The position numbers were made by a program, and so were the translations under genes. From NCBI GenBank assembly GCA_963797555.1, contig CAWCPV010000004.1, forward strand, positions 1 to 64,000: 64,000 nucleotides of DNA, in the 5' to 3' direction. Below the pieces are notes generated by a model. That model did no database searches. It was not told the DNA's origin and saw nothing but the letters and a program-made list of their open reading frames with translations. How positions within the stretch are numbered: position 1 is the first letter of the stretch; every line of letters begins with the position of its first letter. This stretch comes from an uncultured Gammaproteobacteria bacterium (GTDB taxonomy: Bacteria > Pseudomonadota > Gammaproteobacteria > CAWCPV01). This document shows, in pieces, positions 23,141 to 34,920 of this stretch.

Positions 23141-25765
23141 ATGCAACCCGATGCCGACCAGCCGAAGACTCCCGGACTGAAGCCGGGATCGAAGCCCGAT
23201 GCGAAGGACGATCTAAAATCTCTCCCCATGGCGGAACTGCAGGCAAAGTTTGGCTCGTCGCCGGACGGCCTCACTCAAGCCGAGGCGCAGAAACGGCTGA
23301 CCCAATATGGGCCTAACGAGCTTGAAGAAAAGAAAACCAATCCGTTCCTGCAATTCCTCAGCTACTTTTGGGGTCCCATCCCGTGGATGATCGAAGCGGC
23401 CGTGATCCTTTCGGCTCTAGCCCGGCATTGGCCGGACTTTGCCATCATCCTCGTTCTGCTCCTGGCCAACGCCGTGGTCGGGTTCTGGGAAGAGCACCAG
23501 GCGGGCAACGCCATCGCCGCACTGAAGGCCAAGCTGGCGATCAGGGCCCGGGTGAAACGCGATGGGAAGTGGATCACCCCGGCGGCGCGGGAGTTGGTAC
23601 CGGGTGACGTCATCCGCGTGCGCCTGGGCGACATCGTGCCGGCGGATGCGCGCTTGCTGGAGGGTGACGAGATAGAAGTGGATCAGTCGGCGCTGACGGG
23701 AGAGTCGTTGCCTGCCACGCGCAAACCGGGCGAGGCGGTGTTTTCGGGGTCGATTATCCGCCAGGGCGAGATCGGCGCACTGGTCTATGCCACGGGTGCG
23801 AACACTTACTTCGGCAAGACGGCGCAACTGGTGCAGGAGGCGCTCACCGTCAGCCATTTTCAGCGCGCAGTGCTGAAGATCGGCAATTACCTGATCATCC
23901 TGGCAGTGACTCTGGTGGTGTTGATTCTGGGCGTCGCGCTGTTCCGCGGCGACCCGATGCTCACCACCTTGCAGTTCGCCTTGGTGTTGACCGTGGCCGC
24001 GATTCCCGTGGCGATGCCCACGGTGCTGTCGGTGACCATGGCAGTGGGCGCGCGCCTGCTGGCCAAAAAAGAGGCGATTGTGACCCGGCTGGCGGCCATC
24101 GAGGAATTGGCGGGCGTGGACATGCTGTGCGCGGACAAGACCGGCACCCTGACCCAGAACAAGCTGACGCTGGGCCATCCGTTCAGCGTGAACGGTATCC
24201 CCGGCGATCAAGTCATCCTCAACGCCGCGCTGGCGTCGCGCGCGGACAATAAGGACACCATCGACCTGGCCGTGCTGGGCGGCCTTAAAAACGATCAGGC
24301 CTTGAAAGACTGCCAGGTGATTCATTTCCAGCCATTCGACCCGGTGCACAAGCGCACCGAGGCCACCGTCAGGGGCACGGACGGAACCGAGTTCAAGGTG
24401 ACCAAGGGGGCGCCGCAGGTGATCCTGGCGTTGTCGGCCAATGCAGAGCAGGTGACGCCCGCCGTCGAGCAGGCGGTCAACGAATTCGCGGCACGCGGCT
24501 TCCGCTCGCTGGGTGTAGCGCGGGCCGAGGGAGACGGCTCATGGCAGTTTCTGGGCGTGTTGCCGCTTTTCGACCCACCCCGGGACGAAGCCAAGGCAAC
24601 CATCGCCAGCGCCGCACAGATGGGCGTGAAGGTCAAGATGGTGACGGGCGATGCACTCGCCATCGCTCGCGAAACCGCCGGGAAATTGGGGCTGGGCACC
24701 AATATCCTGGATGCCAGCGGCTTCGGCGACACCAAGCATCACGAGACGGCGCAGTTGGCGGAGTCCATCGAGAAAGCGGACGGCTTCGCCCAAGTGTTCC
24801 CCGAGCACAAGTTCCACATTGTCGATGTCCTGCAGCAGCGCGGCCACATCGTCGGCATGACGGGCGACGGGGTAAACGACGCCCCCGCGCTGAAGAAGGC
24901 CGACTGCGGCATCGCCGTTTCGGGCGCGACCGACGCAGCGCGCGCGGCGGCATCCATCGTGCTGATGACGCCCGGCCTGTCGGTGATCATCGACGCAATC
25001 AAGGAGAGCCGGAAAATCTTTCAGCGGATGAACAGCTATGCCATATACCGCATCGCCGAGACCTTGCGTGTGCTGTTGTTCATGACGCTGGCGATCCTGA
25101 TCTTCAACTTTTATCCATTGACGGCGGTGATGATCGTGATGCTGGCGTTGCTCAACGACGGCGCGATCCTGTCCATTGCCTACGACAACGTTCATTACAA
25201 GGACAAGCCCGAGGCCTGGAACATGCGCATGGTGCTGGGGGTCGCCACGGTGCTGGGCGTCATCGGACCCGTGGCTGCGTTTGGCCTGTTTTACCTTGGC
25301 GAGCGTGTCTATCACCTCGACCGTGCACACATCCAAACACTGATGTACCTGATGCTGTCCGTGGCGGGACATCTGACGATTTTCCTGACGCGCACGCGCG
25401 GCCCGTTTTGGTCCATACGCCCCGCGCGGATCTTGCTGCTGGCGGTGTTCGGCACGCAACTGGTGGCGACGCTGATCGCAGTTTATGGGCTGTTTATGAC
25501 GCCACTCGGCTGGGGTTGGGCGCTGTTCGTCTGGGGCTATGCGCTGGCGTGGTTCCTCGTGACCGACCGCGTGAAACTGCTCACGTATCGGGTGTTCGAT
25601 CCGACTGCCACGCCCCTATTGGCCAAGACACCTGTCGACGTGACGCCGCAGATCGCCGGGCGCGCCTACGAACTCTATGAGCGCCAAGGCCGCCGCGAAG
25701 GCCACGCGGTTCAGGACTGGCTCCAGGCGGAGCGCGAGATTCGGAAAGATGAATCCTCAAAATGA
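23141..25765 (+). CDS. Plasma-membrane-type H+-efflux P3A ATPase with C-terminal DUF2934-like tag
   Basis: [43 protein letters not shown]; tail [16 protein letters not shown]....DWLQAE. Confidence 0.92.
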   Translation: MQPDADQPKTPGLKPGSKPDAKDDLKSLPMAELQAKFGSSPDGLTQAEAQKRLTQYGPNELEEKKTNPFLQFLSYFWGPIPWMIEAAVILSALARHWPDFAIILVLLLANAVVGFWEEHQAGNAIAALKAKLAIRARVKRDGKWITPAARELVPGDVIRVRLGDIVPADARLLEGDEIEVDQSALTGESLPATRKPGEAVFSGSIIRQGEIGALVYATGANTYFGKTAQLVQEALTVSHFQRAVLKIGNYLIILAVTLVVLILGVALFRGDPMLTTLQFALVLTVAAIPVAMPTVLSVTMAVGARLLAKKEAIVTRLAAIEELAGVDMLCADKTGTLTQNKLTLGHPFSVNGIPGDQVILNAALASRADNKDTIDLAVLGGLKNDQALKDCQVIHFQPFDPVHKRTEATVRGTDGTEFKVTKGAPQVILALSANAEQVTPAVEQAVNEFAARGFRSLGVARAEGDGSWQFLGVLPLFDPPRDEAKATIASAAQMGVKVKMVTGDALAIARETAGKLGLGTNILDASGFGDTKHHETAQLAESIEKADGFAQVFPEHKFHIVDVLQQRGHIVGMTGDGVNDAPALKKADCGIAVSGATDAARAAASIVLMTPGLSVIIDAIKESRKIFQRMNSYAIYRIAETLRVLLFMTLAILIFNFYPLTAVMIVMLALLNDGAILSIAYDNVHYKDKPEAWNMRMVLGVATVLGVIGPVAAFGLFYLGERVYHLDRAHIQTLMYLMLSVAGHLTIFLTRTRGPFWSIRPARILLLAVFGTQLVATLIAVYGLFMTPLGWGWALFVWGYALAWFLVTDRVKLLTYRVFDPTATPLLAKTPVDVTPQIAGRAYELYERQGRREGHAVQDWLQAEREIRKDESSK

Positions 25766-25815
25766 ACCGACGCGAACCGCGCGGCGGGCGTTGCCGAAAG
25801 CATGAAGTTGAAACC

Positions 25816-26007
25816 TTGCCTATCCGGGTGATTGCCAATTTCTCCGCATCCGGGGTGCTTCCGGTTTGCAAGTGGGGCGCGAGACGCATCTGCGAGCGAA
25901 AACCGGCGGTTTCGGCGCGTATCTTGGCAACCCCGCCCCACCCCGGGATCGGCGATGCGAGTCGGGCGTCATCCGGCACATGCTTTGGCAGCAAACCGGA
26001 TAGGCAA
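25816..26007. mobile_element. 192-bp MITE-like element with 10-bp target duplication
   Basis: Ends ttgcctatccgg / ccggataggcaa; agttgaaacc directly repeated at 25806-25815 and 26008-26017. Confidence 0.8.
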
Positions 26008-26140
26008 AGTTGAAACCAACGATCATTGCGTCTGGCGCCACCCCAGAGGATGAAAGAAACGTTGGGGAGCCCATTATTCCCAGACTGTTAGACCCAATTC
26101 GCCGAGTCTACGCTGGGGGAAGATCAGTCTGGCCCGGGGG

Positions 26141-26475
26141 CCCGGCCCCCGCCGGTCTCCCCCGCGCTGGGGCCGCCCGAGTGGGAGGCGCCGTTCGACA
26201 CGAGCCGGGGCCTCGACCCCGCAGAAGCCGGGTCGGCGCCCGCTTTCAAATTCGACCACACCGTGTCCTGGTAGACCTCCCGGCGCTCCCCCTCGGCAAG
26301 AGAGCACGGCGGTGTTGCGCCGCTGTCCGGGAAACACCCCAACAGCAGCCCCCGAGCCACGCCCAGGCGCGGGATCGGCCGGCCTCGGGCACCCAAACCC
26401 TCCCTGCGGACCCGTGCCACCGCGCCGAGCCTCCCCCGGACGTTGACTGCTCCCCGCCCATGGACTACTGTGTTT
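26141..26475 (+). mobile_element. IS91/ISCR-like 3'-end remnant A
   Basis: Encodes ...PAFKFDHTVSW* homologous to the end of the IS91-like ORF at 35938..36720, followed by the shared downstream noncoding segment. Confidence 0.7.
26443..26471 (+). promoter_or_regulatory. Putative sigma70 promoter in remnant A, upstream of the entericidin gene
   Basis: TTGACT-17 bp-TACTGT. Confidence 0.55.
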
Positions 26476-26525
26476 ACTGATTGCGCTCCGATTCTTGATC
26501 CAACTTCTTAAGTAGAGGACTCACC

Positions 26526-26678
26526 ATGTCTAAACGAGTTTTTATGACGCTGCTCACTATGCTATCCATTGTCGGCGCCAGTGTGACATTCACTGCCTGC
26601 AACACGATGGAAGGCGTGGGAAAGGATGTTCAGCAGGCAGGTGGTGCGATCAAGGACGAGGCCAAAGAGCACAAGTGA
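26526..26678 (+). CDS. Entericidin A/B family lipoprotein (50 aa, below the ORF-track cutoff)
   Basis: MSKRVFMTLLTMLSIVGASVTFTAC-NTMEGVGKDVQQAGGAIKDEAKEHK; GAGG RBS. Confidence 0.88.
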   Translation: MSKRVFMTLLTMLSIVGASVTFTACNTMEGVGKDVQQAGGAIKDEAKEHK

Positions 26679-26743
26679 TAAACCCAACCCGAATGTTTCA
26701 TAAACCCGCCGGGCTGCCGTACCCGACCCGTCTGTGTCATTCC

Positions 26744-28159
26744 CCTGATTCCGTGACTTCGCGTCTCAGCGGATGGCCGCAACCTGCTGATTTATCATTG
26801 CAGTTCAGCTAAAATCGGGCCGCACTCCAGGTCACCCGGCAGGTGAACGATGAAGCGGTTCATCTTGGAGCAGTCCGATGAGGAATTTTACACCTCCCAT
26901 TCTGGTCTGGCCTTGGTCGGTCTTTGCGTCAACCGCTTTAGCGGGTTGGGCAAGGCGCTGAAGGAGGCGATCCCGCTACGCCACGGCATCTCCCATGAAG
27001 ACGTAGCCAAGAGCTATCTGGGGTTGATGTGTTTGGGCAAGAGCGACTTCGAAGCGGTCTCCAACGTCCGAGGGGGCGATTTTTTCCGCCAGGCGCTGGG
27101 GCTGGAGCGGGTGCCTTCGGCGGAAACCTTGAGGCAGCGCCTCGATGAGCACGCAGCGCTCATGCGGGAGGTCATCGACGAGGCCGATATCGAGTTCATG
27201 GTCAACGCCAAGGCACCGGTCAGTGCGCTCAAGACCGGTCATGTGCCGGTGGACATCGATGTCTTTCCCATGGACAACTCCGGGACCAAGCAAGAAGGAG
27301 TCTCGCGCACCTACCACGGCTATGACGGTTATGCGCCGATCGCGACCTACGTGGGAACCGAAGGGTGGTGCGTCGGCTGTGAGCTGCGAGAAGGCAAGCA
27401 GCACAGTCAGAAGGAATTCGGCTAGGTCTGGGAGCGCATCCTGCCGCGGGCCAGGCGCCTGACCAAACTGCCGCTGCTGGTGCGCCAGGACAGCGCCCAC
27501 GACGCCTTGGAGAACCGGCTGCGCTACCTCGAAGAGGAGGTGGACTTCATTATCCAGTGGAACCCTCGGGGCGAGGACCCTGGCCATTGGCTGGAGCGCG
27601 CCGAGCGCCACAGCGAGTTCAAGACCGACCTCGATATCGAACGGCTGCCCTCCGGGAAATTCGACACCAATGACCTGGTGCTCGCCTTTGCCGTGTTCGC
27701 CTACAACATCCTGCGCTTCATCGGGCTCATCGGGCTGACCGGCGAGTCGGCTCCCCTGCGCCATCCGGCCAAGCGCCGGCGGATCAAGACCGTCCTCCAG
27801 GAGCTGATGTACCTCGCCGCCCGGTTGGTCGCCACCGCCCGCAGACTGAAGCTGCGCTTCAGCCGGCTCTGTCCCGGCTTCCGCGCCTTCGAGCAGGTGT
27901 ATTACCAACTCGCCTTCGGGTAGCTAGGACGACCTCCATAGAAACTCGACCCGGGCCTCACCAGACCCCGGTGTAAACCTACGCCCGAAATTCAGCGTCC
28001 AAGCCTCAAAGCCCCGCCGTCACTCCTGCGCCGACGAGGGTCTACGCCCGCTGTACATAGCCGGCGTCACCGGTTGGCTAAAAACTAACCAACTCAACTG
28101 AGAATAGCTCCCATTCTCTCGCGCCCCGGGCGCTCGGAGATTCAAGTCACGGATCCAGG
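26744..28159 (+). mobile_element. IS1380-family element copy 2 (internal TAG and internal deletion near 27609)
   Basis: IRs cctgattccgtgactt / aagtcacggatccagg; ATTCC duplicated at 26739-26743 and 28160-28164. Confidence 0.92.
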
Positions 28160-28167
28160 ATTCCTAG

Positions 28168-30175
28168 CCCGACTTCGCGGATTCGCGGGGTAGGGATAGC
28201 GTAAGTGGTTGAAATTACGAGAGGGCGCCTGGCAAGGTCTGCACTACATCGCGGCGGCTGAGGCAGTGTGGGCGGTGCTGATTTTCGGAGCTGGTGGTGC
28301 GGGCAGTTCGAGCTTCAACTGCGCGAGGAGCAGTTGCAGTTCTGGCTCAGGTTGGGTGTAGCGGGTGAACGTCAATTCGCGCCCATCGGTGGTCGGCACC
28401 TGTGCGTCGACCATCTGCACGGCGGCGAATTTCTCCAGCACGCTGCGCGTGGTTAATCCAGGCGCGAGCGCATGCAAACGTCGCCCGAGCGTGACATGCA
28501 GACAATAGGCAAGAAAGGCAATGAAGATATGGGCTTCGATACGCTCGATGTGTTGATGAAAGATTGGCCGAATGGCCAAATCCCCCTTGAGATTCTTGAA
28601 TGCTTCTTCCACCGCCACCAGTTGCAGGTAAAACCCCCATAGCTTGGCGGGATCGGTGTCGGTGAGATTGGTGCGCAGCAGATACCGTCCTTCGCGCCGG
28701 CGCACTTCACGCAGCTTATCGCGGCGCAGGCGGTAGCTAAACGTGGCGTCCTTGGGGTCGACCTCCAGTTGAACCAAGCGCCATACCGCCGGGCCGTGTT
28801 GGCGCGCCGCACCGAGCTTCATCAGCAGTTGCTCGCGGGTGAGCTGCATGGTCGCGAGTTTCTTCAACCGCGCCCATAACCACTTCAGCTTGCGCCGTCG
28901 TATCGCACGCTCCTTCGCCACGCGCTGTTCACTTTGCGCGTACACATACAGCTCCCCATCCTGCGCCAACAGTTTCACGGCTACGCCGGGGCGCGCTTCC
29001 CGCCACGGCTTGAGCAGCAGCGCGCTCTCCAATTTGCTGAGCCGCCCCTTGGGCGTGCCCACCAGGTCAGTGCACTGGCGGGCGACTTGCGCGCATCTCT
29101 TCCAGCACCGCTTCGGTCGGAATGCCGCGGTCCATCACCCAAATCCGCTGCGCTCTTCCGTACTGACGCTCAATGCGCGCGAGGAACTCCTTCAACGTCG
29201 TCTTGTCGGCCGTATTGCCCGCCAACACTTCATAGGCCAAGGGCAAGCCTTCCGGGGTCACCACCCAGGCGATCACCACCTGCACACAGTCCCTGCGCTT
29301 ATCGCGCGAGTGGCCGAATCGTCGTTTGTCCTGCTCCGACTGCGGGGGCTCACACTCAAAGTAGGTGCTCGTGAGGTCGTAGAGCAGCACCTCGAAGGTG
29401 GCATTGAACAGATCCCGCCACCGCCGCACCAGATGGTCAAAGACCGCCGCCTTGTGCTCCAGCAAGCGGTCGTGACAGACATACAGCCGGTGGCTGTCGG
29501 AGAGCGCCGCATCCACTCCGAGCAAATCCGCCAAGGCCGTACGGCCAAACCACTCCCGGTGCAACCGCCACTCGCTGCCCGGTGCCAGCAACCGATAGGC
29601 CACGAGCACGAATAACACCTGATCCCACCGAGTGCCCTTGCGACTCGGCGTTAACCGTTCCCACCAGAAGCGATCTAACTGCAATTCCTCCCACAGTTGC
29701 AGCGCCAGCCAACACGCACCCCACTGCCGCGGTCGGCACAGCCGCAATTCTTTCAGCCGCAAACGTACCACCGAAGCATCCCTCGACAGCTCTTCAGATC
29801 GCTCCTCGGGAAACAACGACATCGTGCGCGGTGTCAGCGCCCCGTCTTCGAACACCTCAATGGATTTGCGCCACGCCAACTCCTGCGAGGAGTTGATCTC
29901 ACCCAAATACAGCACATGCCGTTGCAGCACGCGCCCACCGCTCAGGCGCCTATTCTCGACAATACTCCAGTAACGGTGCTCCTTGCCGTCTTTCTTCCGC
30001 GTCGTGGCCCTTAGAAACATGATGGAACATCATTATCCGCAGATTTTTCCCCTTGAAAACAACCAAGGTCTTCACTACAGCGCGTTTCAACCCTTTTTGG
30101 CTCACCACGGTCCCCACAAACAATCACTTACCCCTGGCCAGCGGGCCAATCGCCGTGCGAATCCGCGAAGTCGGG
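28168..30175 (-). mobile_element. IS1634-family element copy 1, transposase split (29067..30020 plus 28244..29062)
   Basis: MFLRATTRKKDGK.H.Y, LYDLTSTYFE, FGHSRDKRRD, VMDRG; perfect 19-bp IR cccgacttcgcggattcgc; CTAG on both sides. Confidence 0.92.
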
Positions 30176-30429
30176 CTAGACACCGGAATGGGTTGTCCTC
30201 CTCCTGAGGGCGCATCGTGTGCGTCCCGGTTTCGGCAGCCAAGCAAGCAATTCGGGCACCCCGTGGACTCTCGGCCCCCCAAGTGTTGTCGGAATTTGAC
30301 ACAACGACCGGGTCGCCGGAGGCGGTCACCCGCCTCCGGCTCCCACGGAACGTAGCGAGCAGATTTCCCGCGACTCAAGCTCTTCGGAGAATGGCTCACA
30401 GCACTGCAAGTGGCTGCAACTTCGCGTAA

Positions 30430-30536
30430 GGCAGCATCTCGGTGCATACGCTGCGACACTCCCATGCCACCCATCTGCTCGAGGGCCAGGAGGATGCCTA
30501 TGCGCGCATCAACACGCTGATGGAGGATCTCGAAAT
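30430..30536 (+). pseudogene. Tyrosine recombinase relic with internal deletion
   Basis: ISVHTLRHSHATHLLE box II motif fused directly to a C-terminal ...ARINTLMEDL. Confidence 0.7.
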
Positions 30537-31984
30537 CCTGGATCCGTGACTTGAATCTCCGAGCGCCCGGGGCGCGAGAGAATGGGAGCTATTCTCAGTT
30601 GAGTTGGTTAGTTTTTAGCCAACCGGTGACGCCGGCTATGTACAGCGGGCGTAGACCCTCGTCGGCGCAGGAGTGACGGCGGGGCTTTGAGGCTTGGACG
30701 CTGAATTTCGGGCGTAGGTTTACACCGGGGTCTGGTGAGGCCCGGGTCGAGTTTCTATGGAGGTCGTCCTAGCTACCCGAAGGCGAGTTGGTAATACACC
30801 TGCTCGAAGGCGCGGAAGCCGGGACAGAGCCGGCTGAAGCGCAGCTTCAGTCTGCGGGCGGTGGCGACCAACCGGGCGGCGAGGTACATCAGTTCCTGGA
30901 GGACGGTCTTGATCCGCCGGCGCTTGGCCGGATGGCGCAGGGGAGCCGACTCGCCGGTCAGCCCGATGAGCCCGATGAAGCGCAGGATGTTGTAGGCGAA
31001 CACGGCAAAGGCGAGCACCAGGTCATTGGTGTCGAATTTCCCGGAGGGCAGCCGTTCGATATCGAGGTCGGTCTTGAACTCGCTGTGGAACTGCTCGGAG
31101 GTGCCGTGGTCACGGTACAGGGCGACAATCTCCGCGTCCGGATAGGCGAGCGAGGTCCACCAGCCATCGAGCCTCCAGCTCCGGTACCAACAGCGCCTGG
31201 CCCTTCTTGTCGATGGTGCGCTCGGTCACCCGCATCACCCGGCGAACGTGGTAGGTGTGCTCCCGATGGGGGTGCTCCTCGACGACGCTGAACAGCGCCA
31301 CGCGCTTGCCGGGTCGGGGTGTCTCCCATGCCCCTTGGCGCTCGGCGCGCTCCAGCCAATGGGCAGGGTCCTCGCCCCGAGGGTTCCACTGGATAATGAA
31401 GTCCACCTCCTCTTCGAGGTAGCGCAGCCGGTTCTCCAAGGCGTCGTGGGCGCTGTCCTGGCGCACCAGCAGCGGCAGTTTGGTCAGGCGCCTGGCCCGC
31501 GGCAGGATGCGCTCCCAGACGTAGCCGAATTCCTTCTGACTGTGCTGCTTGCCTTCTCGCAGCTCACAGCCGACGCACCACCCTTCGGTTCCCACGTAGG
31601 TCGCGATCGGCGCATAACCGTCATAGCCGTGGTAGGTGCGCGAGACTCCTTCTTGCTTGGTCCCGGAGTTGTCCATGGGAAAGACATCGATGTCCACCGG
31701 CACATGACCGGTCTTGAGCGCACTGACCGGTGCCTTGGCGTTGACCATGAACTCGATATCGGCCTCGTCGATGACCTCCCGCATGAGCGCTGCGTGCTCA
31801 TCGAGGCGCTGCCTCAAGGTTTCCGCCGAAGGCACCCGCTCCAGCCCCAGCGCCTGGCGGAAAAAATCGCCCCCTCGGACGTTGGCGACCGCCTCGAAGT
31901 CGCTCTTGCCCAAACACATCAACCCCAGATAGCTCCTGGCTATGTCTTCATGGGAAATGCCGTGGCGTAGCGGGATGGCCTGCT
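30537..31984 (-). mobile_element. IS1380-family element copy 3, 5' end removed by IS21
   Basis: Starts at IR cctggatccgtgactt; near-identical to copies 1 and 2; has TAC where they have TAG. Confidence 0.9.
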
Positions 31985-32086
31985 TGTATAGAGCGACAAT
32001 TACGTTGACCGGTTGGCGACAACTACTTTGTCCGGTTGATCGGCCACACTGGCGGCGTTCTGACATCCGATGCTTCGGGGGGAGGG

Positions 32087-33616
32087 ATGGCCGTCACACC
32101 GCAACAGGTCAAGGTCTATATGTCACAGAGAACCGCAGGTAAGAACCAAGTAACCGCCGCCGCCAAGGCGGGTTTCTCGGAGCGCACGGCGCGCCGTCTT
32201 GACGAGCGGGACGAGCGTCGAGCACCGCGGGGCGCGCGGCGGTATCGAACGCGCCGCGACCCCTTTGACACCGTGTGGGACAGCGAGCTGGTCCCACTGC
32301 TTGAGCACACCCCGGCACTGCACGCGCTGACGCTCTTGGAAGGGCTCCAGGAGCGCCATCCGGGCCAGTACCCGGACAAGCTATTGCGCACCTTGCAGCG
32401 CCGGGTGAAGGCCTGGCGGGCGGCGCATGGACCCGAGAAGGAGGTGATGTTCCCACAGCAGCAGGTCCCGGGACTGCGGGGTTTGTCGGATTTCACCGTG
32501 CTCAAGGACGTCACCGTCACCATCGCCGGCGAGCCGCTCGCCCACCGCCTCTACCATTTCCGCCTGGCCTACAGCGGCTGGTGCACGGTGCGGGTGGTGC
32601 TGGGCGGGGAGAGCTTCACGGCGCTCGCCGAGGGGCTCAGCCAGGCGCTGCTGCGCCTGGGCGGTGCACCGGCCGAGCACCGCACTGACAGCCTCTCGGC
32701 GGCGTTCAAGAACCTCTCGGCTGAGGCCCAGCACGACCTTGCGGCGCGCTACGCGGCGCTCTGCGCCCATTATGGGATGAGGCCGACGCGCAACAACCCC
32801 GGGGCCTGCCACGAGAACGGCAGCATCGAGTCACCCCACGGGCATTTGAAGCGCCGTATCGTGCAGCGCCTTCTGGCCCGGGGCAGTGCCGAGTTCCCCT
32901 CGGTGGCGTCCTACCAGGACTTTCTCGACACCGTCACCGCCGCCGTCAACCGGCGTAACGCCACCGCCATCGAGGCCGAGCGCCCCCATCTGCGGCCCCT
33001 GCCGGTGACCTTCGCGGCCGACTACACCGAGCTGTGGGTGAAGGTCACCACCGCCAGCACCATCACCGTGCGCTTGGTGGTCTACTCGGTCCCCGCGCGG
33101 CTCATCGGCGAGCGCCTGCGGGTGCACCTCTATGACGCCCGCCTGGAGCTGTTCCTCGGCACCGAGGCCCTGCTCATCCTCCCGCGGGTCTACCCGGCCC
33201 CGGGCAAGCGCCGGGCGAGCCGCATCGACTATCGCCATCTCGTGGGATGGCTGGTGAAGAAGCCCCGCGCCTTCTATCGGCTCCAGTACCGCGACGCCCT
33301 GCTTCCGGATGCCACCTATCAGCGTATCTGGCAGCATCTGGACGCTACCCTTGCGCCCGCCGACGCCTGCAAGCGCATGGTCGGCGCACTCAAGCTCGCC
33401 GCCGAGCACGAGTGCCAGGAGGCCCTGGGGACCCACTGGCTGGCCGCCCTGGAGCGAGGCCTATCGCCCACGCTCAGCGCCCTGCAACAACGCTTCGCAC
33501 CGCCAGCCCCCGCGACGCTCCCTCTCGGCGCCACTGCTCAGCACCCGCTGGCCGACTATGACGCGCTCCTGCCCGCCACCCACCGCAGTGCCGCCGAGGA
33601 GGTGTGCCATGGCTAA
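32087..33616 (+). CDS. istA: IS21 transposase
   Basis: LRTLQRRVKAWR, SDFT, HRTDSLSAA, HENGSIESPHGHLK. Confidence 0.92.
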   Translation: MAVTPQQVKVYMSQRTAGKNQVTAAAKAGFSERTARRLDERDERRAPRGARRYRTRRDPFDTVWDSELVPLLEHTPALHALTLLEGLQERHPGQYPDKLLRTLQRRVKAWRAAHGPEKEVMFPQQQVPGLRGLSDFTVLKDVTVTIAGEPLAHRLYHFRLAYSGWCTVRVVLGGESFTALAEGLSQALLRLGGAPAEHRTDSLSAAFKNLSAEAQHDLAARYAALCAHYGMRPTRNNPGACHENGSIESPHGHLKRRIVQRLLARGSAEFPSVASYQDFLDTVTAAVNRRNATAIEAERPHLRPLPVTFAADYTELWVKVTTASTITVRLVVYSVPARLIGERLRVHLYDARLELFLGTEALLILPRVYPAPGKRRASRIDYRHLVGWLVKKPRAFYRLQYRDALLPDATYQRIWQHLDATLAPADACKRMVGALKLAAEHECQEALGTHWLAALERGLSPTLSALQQRFAPPAPATLPLGATAQHPLADYDALLPATHRSAAEEVCHG

Positions 33617-34373
33617 CGCCGCCACCTTGCCCCTGCTGCTCAGGGAGCTGCGCCTGCCGACCATGGCACGGCTGTATCAACCGCTGCAAACCCGGGCCCT
33701 CGAGCACCACTGGAGCCTCGCCGACTATCTCGCCGCGCTCTGCGAGCACGAGCTCGCCGAACGCGAGCGGCGGCGCCTGGAGCGCCACCTCAACGATGCC
33801 CGCCTGCCCGCGGGCAAGACGCTCCAGCACTTCGACTTCACGGCCAGCGCCGGGCTGAACCGCCAGCAGATCGTGCAGCTCGCCGAGGATGCCACCTGGG
33901 TCGAGCGCACCGACAACCTCCTGCTCTTCGGGCCCTCCGGCGTCGGCAAAACCCATCTCGCCGCAGCCATTGGGCACGGGCTCATCAGCCAAGGGGTGCG
34001 GGTGCGTTTCGCCTCGGCAACCAGCCTCGTCCAGGAGCTTCAAACCGCCAAACAGGCCCTCAGGCTCAGCGATGCGCTCGCCAAGCTCGACAAGTACCCG
34101 CTGCTCGTCCTCGATGACATCGGCTACGTCAAGCGCACCGAGATGGAAAGCTCCGTGCTCTTCGAGCTCATCGCCCACCGCTACGAGAGCGGCAGTCTCC
34201 TGATCACCAGCAACCACCCCTTCAGCGAGTGGGATGCGATCTTCCCCGACAACATGATGGCCGTCGCCGCCATCGACCGGCTCGTCCACCATGCCCACAT
34301 CATCGAGCTCAACGGGCAGAGCTACCGAAAGCGCCAAGCAACCCGCAACCAGGAGGTATCGAACAAGAGCTGA
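33609..34373 (+). CDS. istB: IS21 helper ATPase
   Basis: GPSGVGKTHLA, LVLDDIGY, ITSN, AAIDRLVHH. Confidence 0.93.
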   Translation: MANAATLPLLLRELRLPTMARLYQPLQTRALEHHWSLADYLAALCEHELAERERRRLERHLNDARLPAGKTLQHFDFTASAGLNRQQIVQLAEDATWVERTDNLLLFGPSGVGKTHLAAAIGHGLISQGVRVRFASATSLVQELQTAKQALRLSDALAKLDKYPLLVLDDIGYVKRTEMESSVLFELIAHRYESGSLLITSNHPFSEWDAIFPDNMMAVAAIDRLVHHAHIIELNGQSYRKRQATRNQEVSNKS

Positions 34374-34447
34374 CGACAACTACCGCCTACACTACAGAGC
34401 GGCCATTCTAGTTGTCGTCAACCGGACAGAGTAATTAACGTCAGACA

Positions 34448-34885
34448 CGCGAGCACCAAAAAGTCATCCAGGCCATCTGCCAGTGCCGCACCGAAGCCTA
34501 TGGCTCGGTGTGCTACCAGTGCGTAGGACTGCGGTCACCCCCATGTGGTGCCGGCGGCCTGCGGGAACCGTCACTGCCCCAATGCCAGCACCGCAAGGCA
34601 CACCTGTGGCTCACGCGCCAACTCGAACGCCAACTGTCCGGGCATCACTTCACCCAGTCCGCTCGGCGCGGAACGGCCTCGCTTTGCCCTATAGCCCCTT
34701 GGCGGCGGCTTATCACCACTGATGCCGCCTGCTCCCCCAGAGAAACGGCCCAAAAATCCCCTCTGCGCACGGCTGCACCATGCGCTGAGCGCACCATCCT
34801 CACGCTAACGCACCCCGCCGCGCTGAAGCAATCCCCTTGCTGTTAAAGAGCCACGCCCACCACCGGGCTTCTTGAACACTGGATT
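34448..34885 (+). mobile_element. IS91-family transposase zinc-binding relic plus element end
   Basis: CRTEA.G...YQC, CGNRHCPQCQ...WLTRQLERQL motifs across frames. Confidence 0.7.
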
Positions 34886-34920
34886 GAAACGACCCTTCGG
34901 GTCGCCTCAATCCTTATCGG

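Larger units (their letters stand above)
31985..34447 (+). mobile_element. IS21-family element, apparently intact
   Basis: TGT...ACA ends with repeated ccggttg.cgacaact motifs; istA and istB overlap; no target duplication. Confidence 0.9.
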
